A model generated the notes under the pieces. It saw nothing but the letters and a program-made list of their open reading frames with translations. It was not told where the DNA came from and did not search any database. The translations under genes and the position numbers were made by a program. A stretch of 56,488 bases of DNA from a virus. Its lineage: Duplodnaviria; Caudoviricetes. Positions within the stretch are counted from its first letter, which is position 1. Each line of letters begins with the position of its first letter. The stretch is from the IMG/VR virus record IMGVR_UViG_3300044701_000673, positions 1 through 56,488 of that record. One strand, 5' to 3'. Of the stretch, positions 24,027-34,126 are shown one piece after another.

Positions 24027-26135
24027 TTAGAGCATTCTCCTCTGGCCGCGTGCCATAGCCTGCAGCGGCGCAGAGCGCATGGCAGACTGCTTGAGCCCCT
24101 GAGAGATGGACGCCAGCGGGCCAGAAGCGGGCTTCTGAAGCTTCACGTCGCCGCCGCGAGCGAAATCTTCGCCACCCGCGAGAAGGCTACGCAGCGCCTG
24201 CTGCGAGATGGTAGCACCTGGCTGAGCCCCCGTCACAGTCCCTGCTCTGGCTGCCCCTTTTGTCCCTGCTGCAGTCAACTCTTGAATGCGCGTCTGCAGG
24301 GCAGCCATTGCCCCCTCATCGCTGATCGCGCGGCGAACAAGGTCTGGGTCTTCGGAGACCAAGATGCGGGCAACGCGAGCGCGCTCGGCGTCTGTTAGGT
24401 CGCGCGTAAATTTTGCGGCCAAGTTTGAGGCGATGCGAATAACTGCATCTGGGTTAGCCCGGAGGACGCCCGTCAGATCGGCAACAGAAACACCCATGCC
24501 ACGGCGAGCGGCTTCCATTTTAGTTTCTTCTGTTGGGGAACCTCGAAGGATAAAATCAGTTGTAGCCTGCGATGACCGAGCGGTTTCCAGCTTGTTCAAC
24601 ACATCGTCAACCGCATCTTGGGGCAAGACCTCGCGGATCATCATCCCTTCTTTAGTTTCAGGGTTTGTCAGATTGCGTATCATGCTCTGACGCGAACCTG
24701 TTGTGGCGCGAGCCTCAAGTGTGGCCATTAAGCCAGCGCGATAGGCCTCAATCTGATCTGGATCAGTGATTTTGGAGAATGCAAACAGCTTCTCGTTCAC
24801 GTCCCCAGCCAAAGCAGTTTGACCAGCCTCAAACGCTCTGTTTTGCCCTTCAATTTTAGCCACTTGTGCTCGCACTGCGCCAAGTTCAGGAGATGCCGCA
24901 TCGATAGCGCCGCGCAACCACTTTTCAGCCGCAGAAAACGATTCGCCCGCCCCACCATAGCCAGCGCGATATTCTGCCGTTGCGGAGTTTTTAATGGCGC
25001 GACGTACCCTTTCCGCCTCGTCCATTGTGATCGGGCGAGTGAATGTTACATTGGCAGGCCCGATCCCGCTCGCCGGTGGCGTTGTTGCGACAAGGCCACG
25101 GAACATTTTGTTAACTTCCCCGATCGCCTCTGGCACCACTTCTAAGGCTGAAAGCACTTCGCGCGAGACTTCATCAGGTGCCTCAATGTTTTTAAATGGC
25201 GCATAAGCCGCCCTGCGTGCAGCTGCCACCGCCTCCTCATCACGCCGCTGCGCTTGAAGCGCACTCGGCGCGTTTACGTCGGAAAGATATTTCCGCATTT
25301 CATCCATTGCCTGTGCGCGGGTTTGCGCCGGGCGTGGCTTCATGGCCTCCATGATAATGGTTGATGCCTTGCCACCGCTTGCCCTGTATGCGCGCACGGC
25401 GGCCTGAATGGTCTCGTTCTCAGCCATAATCCGACCATTGATGATATCGTCGGCAATCTCATCAGCCGTCTTTCCGGTCTGCTCCGCGAGGCGTTGGATC
25501 TCGTTTTCAACGATGCTGGAGCCACGATTGCCAAGAATACGGCGTGCAGTTCCGGTGATTGCATTCAGAGCGCCGCCTGCGGCTCGAGTGGCACCGCCAG
25601 CAAGAGTTCCGCCAAATGTGCCTGTGACAACGCCTCCGGGGACTCTTGACGCCCTCTCGCCAAAACCACCTTCTCCAGTGTTAAAAGCGTAGACGCCACC
25701 CTCCAATCCCGCCAACGCCGCAAGGCGTGCGAGGCTAGGCGCGGTCACAGCGGTGGATGAACCACCAGTAAACGGGGCAGCAATAAGCGAAGCAACAGCA
25801 GGAATAGCGGCTCCAGCAGCCTCATATCCTAAAGAGGAAACTGGGTAGGCTTCTTGGTACGCCTTCAGGTTCCCACGAATTTCCTTCAGCACTTCTTCAT
25901 ATGAAGGATTGTTGACATCAAAACCAAGTTTCGAGGCAATAGAAGTGGCCGCAGAGCGAGCCGCAGCTTCCATTTCGTCATAGGCACCAAGCGTCAAACC
26001 GTGAAGTACGGTGCGCCGCCTTTCTTTCTCAACTGGCGTCCCGTATTCACGCTGCATGACATCCTTGATCACCTCATCCGGTGTTCCATCAGGAAAGCGA
26101 ACGATGGTATTATCTGGAGCCTGAATTTCAATCAT
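24027..26135 (-). CDS. Putative internal virion / ejection protein
   Basis: 702 aa Ala/Gly-rich helical protein; IEIQAPD..VRFPDGTPD N-motif, GLTLGAYDE; last gene of the structural operon. Confidence 0.65.
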   Translation of the reverse strand: MIEIQAPDNTIVRFPDGTPDEVIKDVMQREYGTPVEKERRRTVLHGLTLGAYDEMEAAARSAATSIASKLGFDVNNPSYEEVLKEIRGNLKAYQEAYPVSSLGYEAAGAAIPAVASLIAAPFTGGSSTAVTAPSLARLAALAGLEGGVYAFNTGEGGFGERASRVPGGVVTGTFGGTLAGGATRAAGGALNAITGTARRILGNRGSSIVENEIQRLAEQTGKTADEIADDIINGRIMAENETIQAAVRAYRASGGKASTIIMEAMKPRPAQTRAQAMDEMRKYLSDVNAPSALQAQRRDEEAVAAARRAAYAPFKNIEAPDEVSREVLSALEVVPEAIGEVNKMFRGLVATTPPASGIGPANVTFTRPITMDEAERVRRAIKNSATAEYRAGYGGAGESFSAAEKWLRGAIDAASPELGAVRAQVAKIEGQNRAFEAGQTALAGDVNEKLFAFSKITDPDQIEAYRAGLMATLEARATTGSRQSMIRNLTNPETKEGMMIREVLPQDAVDDVLNKLETARSSQATTDFILRGSPTEETKMEAARRGMGVSVADLTGVLRANPDAVIRIASNLAAKFTRDLTDAERARVARILVSEDPDLVRRAISDEGAMAALQTRIQELTAAGTKGAARAGTVTGAQPGATISQQALRSLLAGGEDFARGGDVKLQKPASGPLASISQGLKQSAMRSAPLQAMARGQRRML

Positions 26136-26141
26136 TTCGCA

Positions 26142-29045
26142 TCACTCCAGTTCTTTGGTTTCTGGGTTCCACGTGCGGAATGTTGACCCACCTCCGTCAC
26201 CCTCAGTCGCTCCAGGCACTCTAAAATTGGCCAGCGGGTTCTCGCGCGCTTGCAGTAACTCAAAAGCTTCCACACTGTTAATTTCTTTAGCGCGGAACCG
26301 CTGAACGATTGCAGCGCCTTCGGCATCATATTGGGCAATGGCTCGCACGGTATTGAGAATCATTTCGTTTCCGCCGGGCTGGTTAATGATGCGCGGCAGA
26401 GCCTGTTTAAACAAGATCGCGTCAGAATCAGTCATGGGACCAGAACCGGGAGCCCTTTGTTCTGGGACGAGGCTGCTGATGACTGCCCGCGCGGCTTGAG
26501 CTGAATCAAGGCCTTCTGTGTTGATGCCGAAGTCACCAGCAGCAAGTTTAATTGCACCTTCCATGCCTTGAGGAGAGCTGGCCAAAAGAGTTTCCAAGTG
26601 GTCAATGCGCCCAATATTTCGGATGGCTTGCATGCCAGTTGTTGAAACTTCAGCCAGAGACTTTGCATCAAGTTTGGCAAATTCTTCATCCAGCTTGTTG
26701 GCTGCGCCCGTGTCTACGTTGACAGTCGTGCCCGCCCCGCCGATGGCCGTGACTTGCCCGTCTGGCGAGACGTTGAACATTTTGCCAGCGTCTTCACCAG
26801 TTAGGCCAAGCTCTGCGCCCGTAACTTGTGTATACCCAGCCTTCTCAGCCGCAATCTGCTCTTTGAGCAGTTCTTTGGCCACATCCCGACGGTACTTGGC
26901 TTCTTCAGACTGCAGGCCTTGCAGCGCGTCATACTCCTCTCCAGCCGTGCCCATGCGCATCTTCTGGATTTCCAAGTCAACGCCGAGCCTCTTTTCGCGG
27001 GCTTCGCGCTCACGCTGGGCCTTAGCCGCCAACTGGGATGACATCTCCTCACCGACCAGACCCAAGTTCTCGGCGAAGTGGCCGGTCTTCGTAGGCGCGC
27101 CGAAGGCTGCCGCAAGGCGGAAATACTTCTCAGCCTTGGACATTGGCTCACTGTCGCTGCCCTGCAGTTGCGAGCGCAGGATGTCTTCGAACGCCTTCTG
27201 CTCTGCAGCACGACGCTCGGCGGCAGCAGCGATCTGCTCGCTAGTGACGGTCGGCGGCACGTAGCGGTTCAACATGGCTTCTAGTGCGGCGTTAGGGTCG
27301 ATAGGCGGTGGCGTGGTCAGGGTATCTTCCTCTGCGCCGCCCATCATCATGGCATTGCCAGCGCCACCGTAGAGCATGTCAACCGGGCCGCCGGGGCGGT
27401 AGCCTTTCACGGAGCCGCCTTGGGCGTAGTTTTGGGCAGGGCCAATACCAAACATTCTGCCTGCCTGTTGTGCTTGTTCCAGTGTCCCGTAACCGCCACG
27501 AAGGGCGATACCATCTGCAGACACCAAAGCAAACCCTTGTGGAGTCTGAATAATACCTGCCTGACCAGTAGGGTTATCGTATCTCAACGCCTCTTTTGTA
27601 GGGTCAGACCCTTGCAATTTAATATCGGTAGTACTCCTGCCTAGGTTGAAAGCAGTAGACGCCGGATTGTTGTACATCTGTCCCGTGGCTTGTGCCGCTG
27701 CTGTCACAGGGTTACCAGAGGACATGATAGCCCCCCAATCCCGAGTATCTGTATTAGAACCAACGACGCCATAGAGCATCTCCGAGGCAGTCTGAAAGTC
27801 GGCGCCAGTGGCGTCCATGAACTCCTTCATATTCGGCTTGTTTCCAGCCATTGGTGCCGGAGAGCCAGAGCCAGCTGCGGCGGGAGACGAGGCGACAGGT
27901 GCTTGTGCCATCGGTGCTTGTACCATCGGAACTTGCGCCATCGGGGTTGGCACCATCGGGGTGGGCGACATCACGGCATTCTGCGCACCGTAATACGAGG
28001 GAAACGCCGGGAAGTTGACGCCAGTCGTGTTGAACTGCGCCTGATTGTACATGTTCGTGTTGGCCAGACGATTCTGATAGTCCGAAGCGTAACTGTTATA
28101 GGCCGCAGCGTCTGCAGCCGAAGTCCCAGTGTAAGGTGCCATAGTCGGGGTAGAGACACCGTACTGCTGCAGCAGCCTTCTGAGCTCATACCCCATGGAA
28201 CTCGGGCCCGTCACCACTCCGGTATTGGTCCCGGTGGCGGGAGTGGTCGGCGTGGTACTGCTGATGTAATCCACCAAGTGCGGAGGGATTGGCGTTGTCG
28301 GGGTCGTGGTAGTGGTTGGGGTCGTCGGAGTTACAGCCGAACCACCGTTGCCGTCACTCCGAGATCCTCCACGGTCTTCCATGGAAACCATGCCGGGAAA
28401 AACACCCTGCGAACCTGCAAGGTTTCCGCCAGAACCCAGCGGAGACAGCCCTAGCGCGTTTGCAAGCCCCGAAAGGAAACCACCTTGGAAGGACGTGCCG
28501 GACTGACCCGGACCGCCACCGTTAAGCCTGTCAAGCAACCCGGTATAACCGCCGCCAGACGGAGCACCACCTGCACCACCTGCACCGCCACCGGCATTGC
28601 CGCCACCACCCGGCGTTCCACTTCCGCCGCTTCCGACATTCCCAGGACCGCCACTTCCGCCGCCACCACCCGGCGTTCCACTTCCGCCACTTCCGACATT
28701 CCCAGGACCGCCACTTCCGCCGCCACCACCCGGCGTTCCTTTGCCCTTACTAGCATCCTTGCTTGAAGAGCTTCCCGTCTTACCGCCCGGAGTGCCGCCG
28801 CCACCAGCGCCAGCAGGAGGAAAGGCAGGGATGCCAGCCGGTCCCGGAATGTCAGCACCGCCCAAGTCTTTCAGAAGACGGCGCTCATCCTTGTTGATGT
28901 AGGCCAGCATGTGCGGCTGGTTGGCAATCGTGGCCAACGCGGGCGCAACAACAGTTTTCGCCGGGCTCATAGTTGCGAAAGGAGTAGTCATCCTCGGGGT
29001 GTAAACCCCGAACCGCTGCATCAGCTTATTGAGTTCGTTTCCCAT
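26142..29045 (-). CDS. Putative internal virion / ejection protein with Gly-rich repeats
   Basis: 967 aa; low-complexity G/T/P tracts, coiled coil, TWNPETKELE end. Confidence 0.65.
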   Translation of the reverse strand: MGNELNKLMQRFGVYTPRMTTPFATMSPAKTVVAPALATIANQPHMLAYINKDERRLLKDLGGADIPGPAGIPAFPPAGAGGGGTPGGKTGSSSSKDASKGKGTPGGGGGSGGPGNVGSGGSGTPGGGGGSGGPGNVGSGGSGTPGGGGNAGGGAGGAGGAPSGGGYTGLLDRLNGGGPGQSGTSFQGGFLSGLANALGLSPLGSGGNLAGSQGVFPGMVSMEDRGGSRSDGNGGSAVTPTTPTTTTTPTTPIPPHLVDYISSTTPTTPATGTNTGVVTGPSSMGYELRRLLQQYGVSTPTMAPYTGTSAADAAAYNSYASDYQNRLANTNMYNQAQFNTTGVNFPAFPSYYGAQNAVMSPTPMVPTPMAQVPMVQAPMAQAPVASSPAAAGSGSPAPMAGNKPNMKEFMDATGADFQTASEMLYGVVGSNTDTRDWGAIMSSGNPVTAAAQATGQMYNNPASTAFNLGRSTTDIKLQGSDPTKEALRYDNPTGQAGIIQTPQGFALVSADGIALRGGYGTLEQAQQAGRMFGIGPAQNYAQGGSVKGYRPGGPVDMLYGGAGNAMMMGGAEEDTLTTPPPIDPNAALEAMLNRYVPPTVTSEQIAAAAERRAAEQKAFEDILRSQLQGSDSEPMSKAEKYFRLAAAFGAPTKTGHFAENLGLVGEEMSSQLAAKAQREREAREKRLGVDLEIQKMRMGTAGEEYDALQGLQSEEAKYRRDVAKELLKEQIAAEKAGYTQVTGAELGLTGEDAGKMFNVSPDGQVTAIGGAGTTVNVDTGAANKLDEEFAKLDAKSLAEVSTTGMQAIRNIGRIDHLETLLASSPQGMEGAIKLAAGDFGINTEGLDSAQAARAVISSLVPEQRAPGSGPMTDSDAILFKQALPRIINQPGGNEMILNTVRAIAQYDAEGAAIVQRFRAKEINSVEAFELLQARENPLANFRVPGATEGDGGGSTFRTWNPETKELE
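28599..28739. repeat. 60-bp tandem repeat (about 2.3 copies) within a CDS
   Basis: 28621-28680 vs 28681-28739 nearly identical; encodes GTPGGGGGSGGPGNVGSGGS. Confidence 0.9.
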
Positions 29046-29054
29046 GACCGCTCC

Positions 29055-30296
29055 TTAACCCAGATTCTGCAGACCCTTGTACGTATACAGGCCCGTCGCC
29101 AGCTGTGACAGCAGCGAGGGATTGTAAGTCGCACCAGTGGTCGAAGACGAAGACGTTTGCGTTTGCGGCGTGATCGGCGCCATCCCGCGAATTTGGGTGC
29201 TGAGCCAATCCAGCTGCTGCTTCGGATAAAGCTGCTCCGCTTGGAACTGCGCCTGAGCCGCATCCAGCTGCCTTTGCAACTGCCCCTGCTGAGCCGCACC
29301 AGCAGTCTCCAGAGCCGCAACATCTGCCGCACGCATCCCTTGCTCCTGCTGAGCCATCGCAGCCATCTGCTGCAGCGCGCTCATCTGGCGCTGATAGTCC
29401 TGCGCCTGAGCCTGTTGTGACGTGCTCGCCGCACCAAGGCCATATTGTTGTTGTGCCTGCCCAGCCTGCGTCTGCATTTGGCCAAGCTGACCATATTGCG
29501 AGCCGCCCTGCAGGATGCGAGACAGATCTGCGCCGCTGATGCTGCCAACCGTTCCAGCGAGCTGAGCCTGACGGGCAAGGTCTGTCTGCGCAGCACCGAG
29601 CGCCTGACCGTAACCCTGCTGCGCCGCCTGAGCCTGTTGCGCAAGAATAGCCTCCTGCGTGTCGCGCAGCGCCCGAGAGCCCATATCACCCATGCGGCTA
29701 GATCCAAATTGGCCAGCCCTGATGAAGGCATCAGAGACGCCCGGCAAAAGATTCTCAGTCAGATTGCGTGCGCCCTGCTTGGCGATCACGTCCATGACGC
29801 CCGTTTGGTACGGGTTCATGTATTGACCGACCTGAGAGGCGGCAGTCTGCGCAGAGGCCTGCAGGTAGGGGTTGGCAGCCTGCAGAGCGCGCTCAGAAAG
29901 AGATTGCGCCGTGGCCTGCCCAGCCTGTCCAAACAACTGCTGCCCGGTGTCGAGACCCTTGTTTACCAAGTCTTGGCGCAGGTATCTTTCTTGCTCGGCA
30001 CGAAGCTGGTCAGCAGTACCCTTGCCGCTGAAGCCCTCCATGCCAGTCTGCGCCTTGCCCATCGCGGGCTTCCAAAAGCCTTGGTTTGCAACGACGTCGG
30101 CATAAGCCCTCTGCTGCAGCGGAGAGAGTTCCGCTACGGTGGGCATGTTGTAGGCCTGATACGGCATGTTGGCGATGTTTTGCGCCACTTGGATTTGGTT
30201 GTAGATGGCGTCCTGCATCCACTTGGGCGTCTCAGTGGACGATGTGGCGTAGGATGTTGCCGTCTGCGGCGTGCCTTCGAACAAGCTACCCATCAT
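29055..30296 (-). CDS. Putative DNA ejection / pilot protein
   Basis: Q/A-rich helical protein; VAELSPLQ, YMNPY, GQFGSSR, hydrophobic C-terminus. Confidence 0.65.
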   Translation of the reverse strand: MMGSLFEGTPQTATSYATSSTETPKWMQDAIYNQIQVAQNIANMPYQAYNMPTVAELSPLQQRAYADVVANQGFWKPAMGKAQTGMEGFSGKGTADQLRAEQERYLRQDLVNKGLDTGQQLFGQAGQATAQSLSERALQAANPYLQASAQTAASQVGQYMNPYQTGVMDVIAKQGARNLTENLLPGVSDAFIRAGQFGSSRMGDMGSRALRDTQEAILAQQAQAAQQGYGQALGAAQTDLARQAQLAGTVGSISGADLSRILQGGSQYGQLGQMQTQAGQAQQQYGLGAASTSQQAQAQDYQRQMSALQQMAAMAQQEQGMRAADVAALETAGAAQQGQLQRQLDAAQAQFQAEQLYPKQQLDWLSTQIRGMAPITPQTQTSSSSTTGATYNPSLLSQLATGLYTYKGLQNLG

Positions 30297-32038
30297 GCAA
30301 CTCCTTTAATGTAAGCCAGCGGAGACTTGGCGTCGGGGCTGAATTTGCCCTTGGCCAGCGCCTTACCCTTGTGAGAACGGATTTTCTCGCGCATCTGATC
30401 CAATCGTTGAGCGCCCGCCTTGCTTGAGCCGTCACCCAACATTGCCACAGTTTCGGCATCAATAACATACTCTCCGTCAGAGAGTTTAGCGTCGATTTCA
30501 TCCGAGCGACCTGTGCCAGCGCCACGGGCAAACCGGGCGACAGCGCTCAGAGGCGAGCCGCCGTTGGCCATCATGTGGCGACCGCCGTGGGCCATTGCTG
30601 GCGGGGCCATCGCAGTGGCGGGCATCGCGTTGGGTGCCTGCGCAGGGGCTGCTGGGGCTGCTGGGGCCGCATTGTACTGGCCGCTTGTGATGTTGTTCCA
30701 GTTGCTTGCCATAAACTGGCTCAGGCTCATGCCAGATGCGTTGGCATCGCGCTGCATCTTGTTCCAATCCCAAGTGATGCTCGGGCGGTTAAAGTATTCC
30801 TGCTGCTCAGGAGACAGCGTTGAGGCCGCCTGCTTGACCTCGGGAGGCGCAGACAGCAGGCCGGACAGTGCGGATCCAGCAAAGGCAAGCTTGCCGAGAG
30901 TTCCGAACGAACCGCTACCCGCGCCGCCAGCCGCGTCACCGCCGCCGAAGATGCGCTGCAAGAATGTCGGTTGCGCGTCCGCTGCCGCAGGCTGGTTGGC
31001 GGATGCCTCGGGCTGCTGACCGCCTCTAAGGCTGGTCACCGCAGCGTCAGCCGGGCTGTACGAGATGCCCTTGGCCAAGCCGCTCAATGCGCCAGCCGCC
31101 AGCGCGCTCTTGGGATCGTAGCCCGCCGTGAGAGCTTGGCCGAAGGTTTGGCCTGCAGCGCCGATACCCTGCTGGAAGGCCGTCGGGCCGGACATGCCGC
31201 CCGCCAGCTGGCCGACCGCACCGCCCAGCACACCTTGGCCAGCGCCCTTGAGGAAGCCCTGCCCGGTGGCCGCACCCGCAACACCGCCGACAAGGCCGCT
31301 GCCCAAAAGCGCCTGCCCGGTATCCCCCAAATTCAGCCCGAGCATCTTGTTGGCAGCGCCGCCAACGACGTTGCCCAAGCCGCCGCCCAGGCCGCCCATG
31401 AGAGCGCCCTGCAGGGCGTTGCCGCCGGTCAGAGCAGAGGATGCCCCGCCGATGATCGCCCCGCCGAATGCGGTGGCCGCCGCCCCGCTCAAGCCGACAG
31501 CGCCGCCGATGGCCGAGCCCAGACCCGGAGCGATGAAGTTGAGGGCGATCGGCAGGATGGCCTTGAACAGCTTCTTCAGCGAGAAATACTGCGGGTATCC
31601 GGTCATCGGGTTGATGGTGCCAGCGCCGCCGCGCGCCTTCAGCATCGCCGCCTCTTCGGGCGAAATGTGGGCCATCATCGTGTCGCCCATGCGACCCTGA
31701 CGCGCCAGCGTCCGCATGCCAGCAAGACCGCCGCGAGCGAACATCTGGGTGGCTTGGCCGCCGCCCTCACGCAGCTTGTAAAGCACGACCAGAGCCGAGG
31801 CGATGACCGTGGCATCAAACTCTGGCGGCATGTCTTCCGGCTCGACCATGTCGTCCTGAATCGCCGCCTGAAGGATGGCCTGATAGTCATCGGGACGCTG
31901 AAGCATCAGCTCAAAGAGCTCAATCAGCTCCTCAACCTGCTCAGGAGATGCGTCAGACAACTCGGCCTGAGCAACCTGCAGAGCCTGCTGGAAGCGCGGG
32001 TCTTGAGCCGCCTGTTGGATCAGTTGCTGCATTTCCAT
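30293..32038 (-). CDS. Putative ejection protein with glycine-zipper region
   Basis: AHISPEEAAMLKARGGAGTINPMTG, long GxxxG zipper, GTGRSDEIDAKLSDGEYV. Confidence 0.65.
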   Translation of the reverse strand: MEMQQLIQQAAQDPRFQQALQVAQAELSDASPEQVEELIELFELMLQRPDDYQAILQAAIQDDMVEPEDMPPEFDATVIASALVVLYKLREGGGQATQMFARGGLAGMRTLARQGRMGDTMMAHISPEEAAMLKARGGAGTINPMTGYPQYFSLKKLFKAILPIALNFIAPGLGSAIGGAVGLSGAAATAFGGAIIGGASSALTGGNALQGALMGGLGGGLGNVVGGAANKMLGLNLGDTGQALLGSGLVGGVAGAATGQGFLKGAGQGVLGGAVGQLAGGMSGPTAFQQGIGAAGQTFGQALTAGYDPKSALAAGALSGLAKGISYSPADAAVTSLRGGQQPEASANQPAAADAQPTFLQRIFGGGDAAGGAGSGSFGTLGKLAFAGSALSGLLSAPPEVKQAASTLSPEQQEYFNRPSITWDWNKMQRDANASGMSLSQFMASNWNNITSGQYNAAPAAPAAPAQAPNAMPATAMAPPAMAHGGRHMMANGGSPLSAVARFARGAGTGRSDEIDAKLSDGEYVIDAETVAMLGDGSSKAGAQRLDQMREKIRSHKGKALAKGKFSPDAKSPLAYIKGVA

Positions 32039-32051
32039 CTGTCTTGCTCCG

Positions 32052-32285
32052 TTACGCTATTGTCTGGACAAAACGCTCTGCCCATTCACGCCAGTCGGTA
32101 AAGTTATAGGGAACCGGAAAGTTCTCTTTCAGGCTCATGTTGTTTAGGAACTGCATAGCCCAGTTCTGCCATTGTGTCTCGTCGTCTAGCCGACCAAACG
32201 CGCCGTAGGGGTCGAGGTCGAGCGCGATCTGGTCTGCCCAGTCGCGCAACCCCATGCCCGTAGGAAGAGTGACTTGAATGCTCAT
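32052..32285 (-). CDS. Small structural-operon protein
   Basis: 77 aa, W-rich, ATGA overlap. Confidence 0.7.
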   Translation of the reverse strand: MSIQVTLPTGMGLRDWADQIALDLDPYGAFGRLDDETQWQNWAMQFLNNMSLKENFPVPYNFTDWREWAERFVQTIA

Positions 32286-34126
32286 CCCAGCACCGTCTTG
32301 TCTCCGGGCGAGACGTGCCCGATGATCTGGCCCATTTGATAATCCCCGTACACGGCATTGCTCTCAAAGCGCACGCGGAGCTCGCGACGCTGCTCCTTGA
32401 GCATGACGATCTGCTGTTGCGGCTCGACCACGTCTTTGGGGTCCACAAACGTGAAGATGCTGCTGACGACTTCAGGCGCGCGGGCGTTGGCTCGACCCGT
32501 AACCTGCACGGTCATCGGGCCATTCTGCACAAAGTCAGGTTCAATTCGCGTGATGCGCAGGTATTCGTTCCTACCCTGAACCAAGCTCGAAAGATCGGCT
32601 GTCTGGAAGTAACTGATAATCGGATTTAGTTCAGACCCGTCAATCTCATCGACGCCCTGCTCTTGCACCCACACACGATAGTCGCTGCCATCCCCGATGG
32701 CCCCCGTCAGCATTGGCGCGCGGAAACTGTTGCTATATTGACCAGCAGAACGGCCGTTCAGCGGCAATTCAGTGTCATACCAAGTGTTCTCTCGCACGTT
32801 GAAAATGACAGCGTGGGTGCATTCAGTCGCGTCCCCTCGGGGGTAGCACCACCAGATTTCACCGTAACGCGGAACCTTGAAGGCAAAGACCTTGTTGGCC
32901 TGTGCCTTATTCAGCCCGTCGAAAAAGTAGTTCAGGTTCATGGTGTTCGGGACTTCACGCACGACGCCGTTGAACATCAAGAAGCGGTCAACGCCACACC
33001 AGAAGAAAACGCCGTCGTAGTCAATCACGCTGTTTGCCGAAATTATTGAAGTCTCTGTCGCAACCACGTCGAATTGAAAAAGTGTTGAGCCGCCGGTGAA
33101 GGTGGCACGGATGACCGCGTCGAAGGCCCAGAAGATGCCCGCAGGGGCGGTGCCAGAGCCCGCGCGCAGGGGCAGGCCCTTGATGATCTTCTGGCCCCAG
33201 ACGCGGGCCAAGCCAGCGCCGCTGCCTGTGTCAACGAGATCCGTTGGCTCGCCGGGAACAGACCACCCAATGATGCCGTCAGTGCCGTAGTAAAAGAGAT
33301 ATGGATGCAGCGAGACAATGCCGCCCGTGACGTTGGCGTCGGGTGGCAGGTTGATGCTTTTGAGCGGCGCAGTTCCGAGCACGTCGCCGTAAAAGATTTG
33401 GCCGCCGGTGTCGTTGCAGATGCAATCAAGATTCGGAGAGACGTGAGCCAGAATGTAATTCTGGTTGCCGCTGCTCTCGTACTGGTAGTCGAACATCCAC
33501 ATGTTGTCTGCGCTGTTAATGAGCGCGTCAGACCCGTTGGTCATGTCGGTGTTGGTTGTGGTGATCGTGGTCGCCGCGACAACCACCTCACCGTTGGATG
33601 CAGAGCCCGTGGCTGCCGCCGTGATGGTAATGACAGCGCCCGCTGCAGCGGCCGTGTAATTTGGTGTCGAGGCGAACGCCGTGATGTTTGCGGCCACCGC
33701 CGTGGCCGTCGTGGCGAGGTTCGTCGTGAAGGAGACGGGCGCAGACATGATCTCAACGCCGTTGATCTCAATGCTATCGACGGATCCTGAAGCCCCTCCG
33801 GTCAGGGTAACCGTGCAGGTGCCAGCCACCGCAACGGGCGTCCGGTCGGTGACGATTGATGCATTCAGAGATGCGTCCATCGTAAAACGATCCAGAGACG
33901 TCGCGCCACCCGAGTGGCAGTAGACGAAATTTTGTTGCGTGAAGTTGGTGAAGCCGCGACTGATTTCTGTCAGATATTTCTGCGTTGCTCGGTAGCCACC
34001 AATCTTGCGGGGCAGCCCGCGCTGCCACCGCACCCACTGCCCGTCGGTGTAGTTCTCCCCCTCAAAGATAGTCCCGTCCCGCTTAATGCCGGGCTGAGAG
34101 CGGAGAACGACGGTCGTTTCGGGCAT
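32282..34126 (-). CDS. Tail nozzle / stabilisation protein (tail tubular B-like)
   Basis: PGIKRDGT, GQWVRW..GLPRKIGG, FLMFNG.V, EIWWCYP, RIEPDF; beta-propeller-like; position in operon. Confidence 0.65.
   Translation of the reverse strand: MPETTVVLRSQPGIKRDGTIFEGENYTDGQWVRWQRGLPRKIGGYRATQKYLTEISRGFTNFTQQNFVYCHSGGATSLDRFTMDASLNASIVTDRTPVAVAGTCTVTLTGGASGSVDSIEINGVEIMSAPVSFTTNLATTATAVAANITAFASTPNYTAAAAGAVITITAAATGSASNGEVVVAATTITTTNTDMTNGSDALINSADNMWMFDYQYESSGNQNYILAHVSPNLDCICNDTGGQIFYGDVLGTAPLKSINLPPDANVTGGIVSLHPYLFYYGTDGIIGWSVPGEPTDLVDTGSGAGLARVWGQKIIKGLPLRAGSGTAPAGIFWAFDAVIRATFTGGSTLFQFDVVATETSIISANSVIDYDGVFFWCGVDRFLMFNGVVREVPNTMNLNYFFDGLNKAQANKVFAFKVPRYGEIWWCYPRGDATECTHAVIFNVRENTWYDTELPLNGRSAGQYSNSFRAPMLTGAIGDGSDYRVWVQEQGVDEIDGSELNPIISYFQTADLSSLVQGRNEYLRITRIEPDFVQNGPMTVQVTGRANARAPEVVSSIFTFVDPKDVVEPQQQIVMLKEQRRELRVRFESNAVYGDYQMGQIIGHVSPGDKTVLG

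Noticed and set aside
30293-32038. Tape measure protein (GTGRSD..AKLSDGEYV motif)
   Set aside because: Short, and no tail tube or tail chaperone genes were seen; context fits podovirus-type ejection proteins
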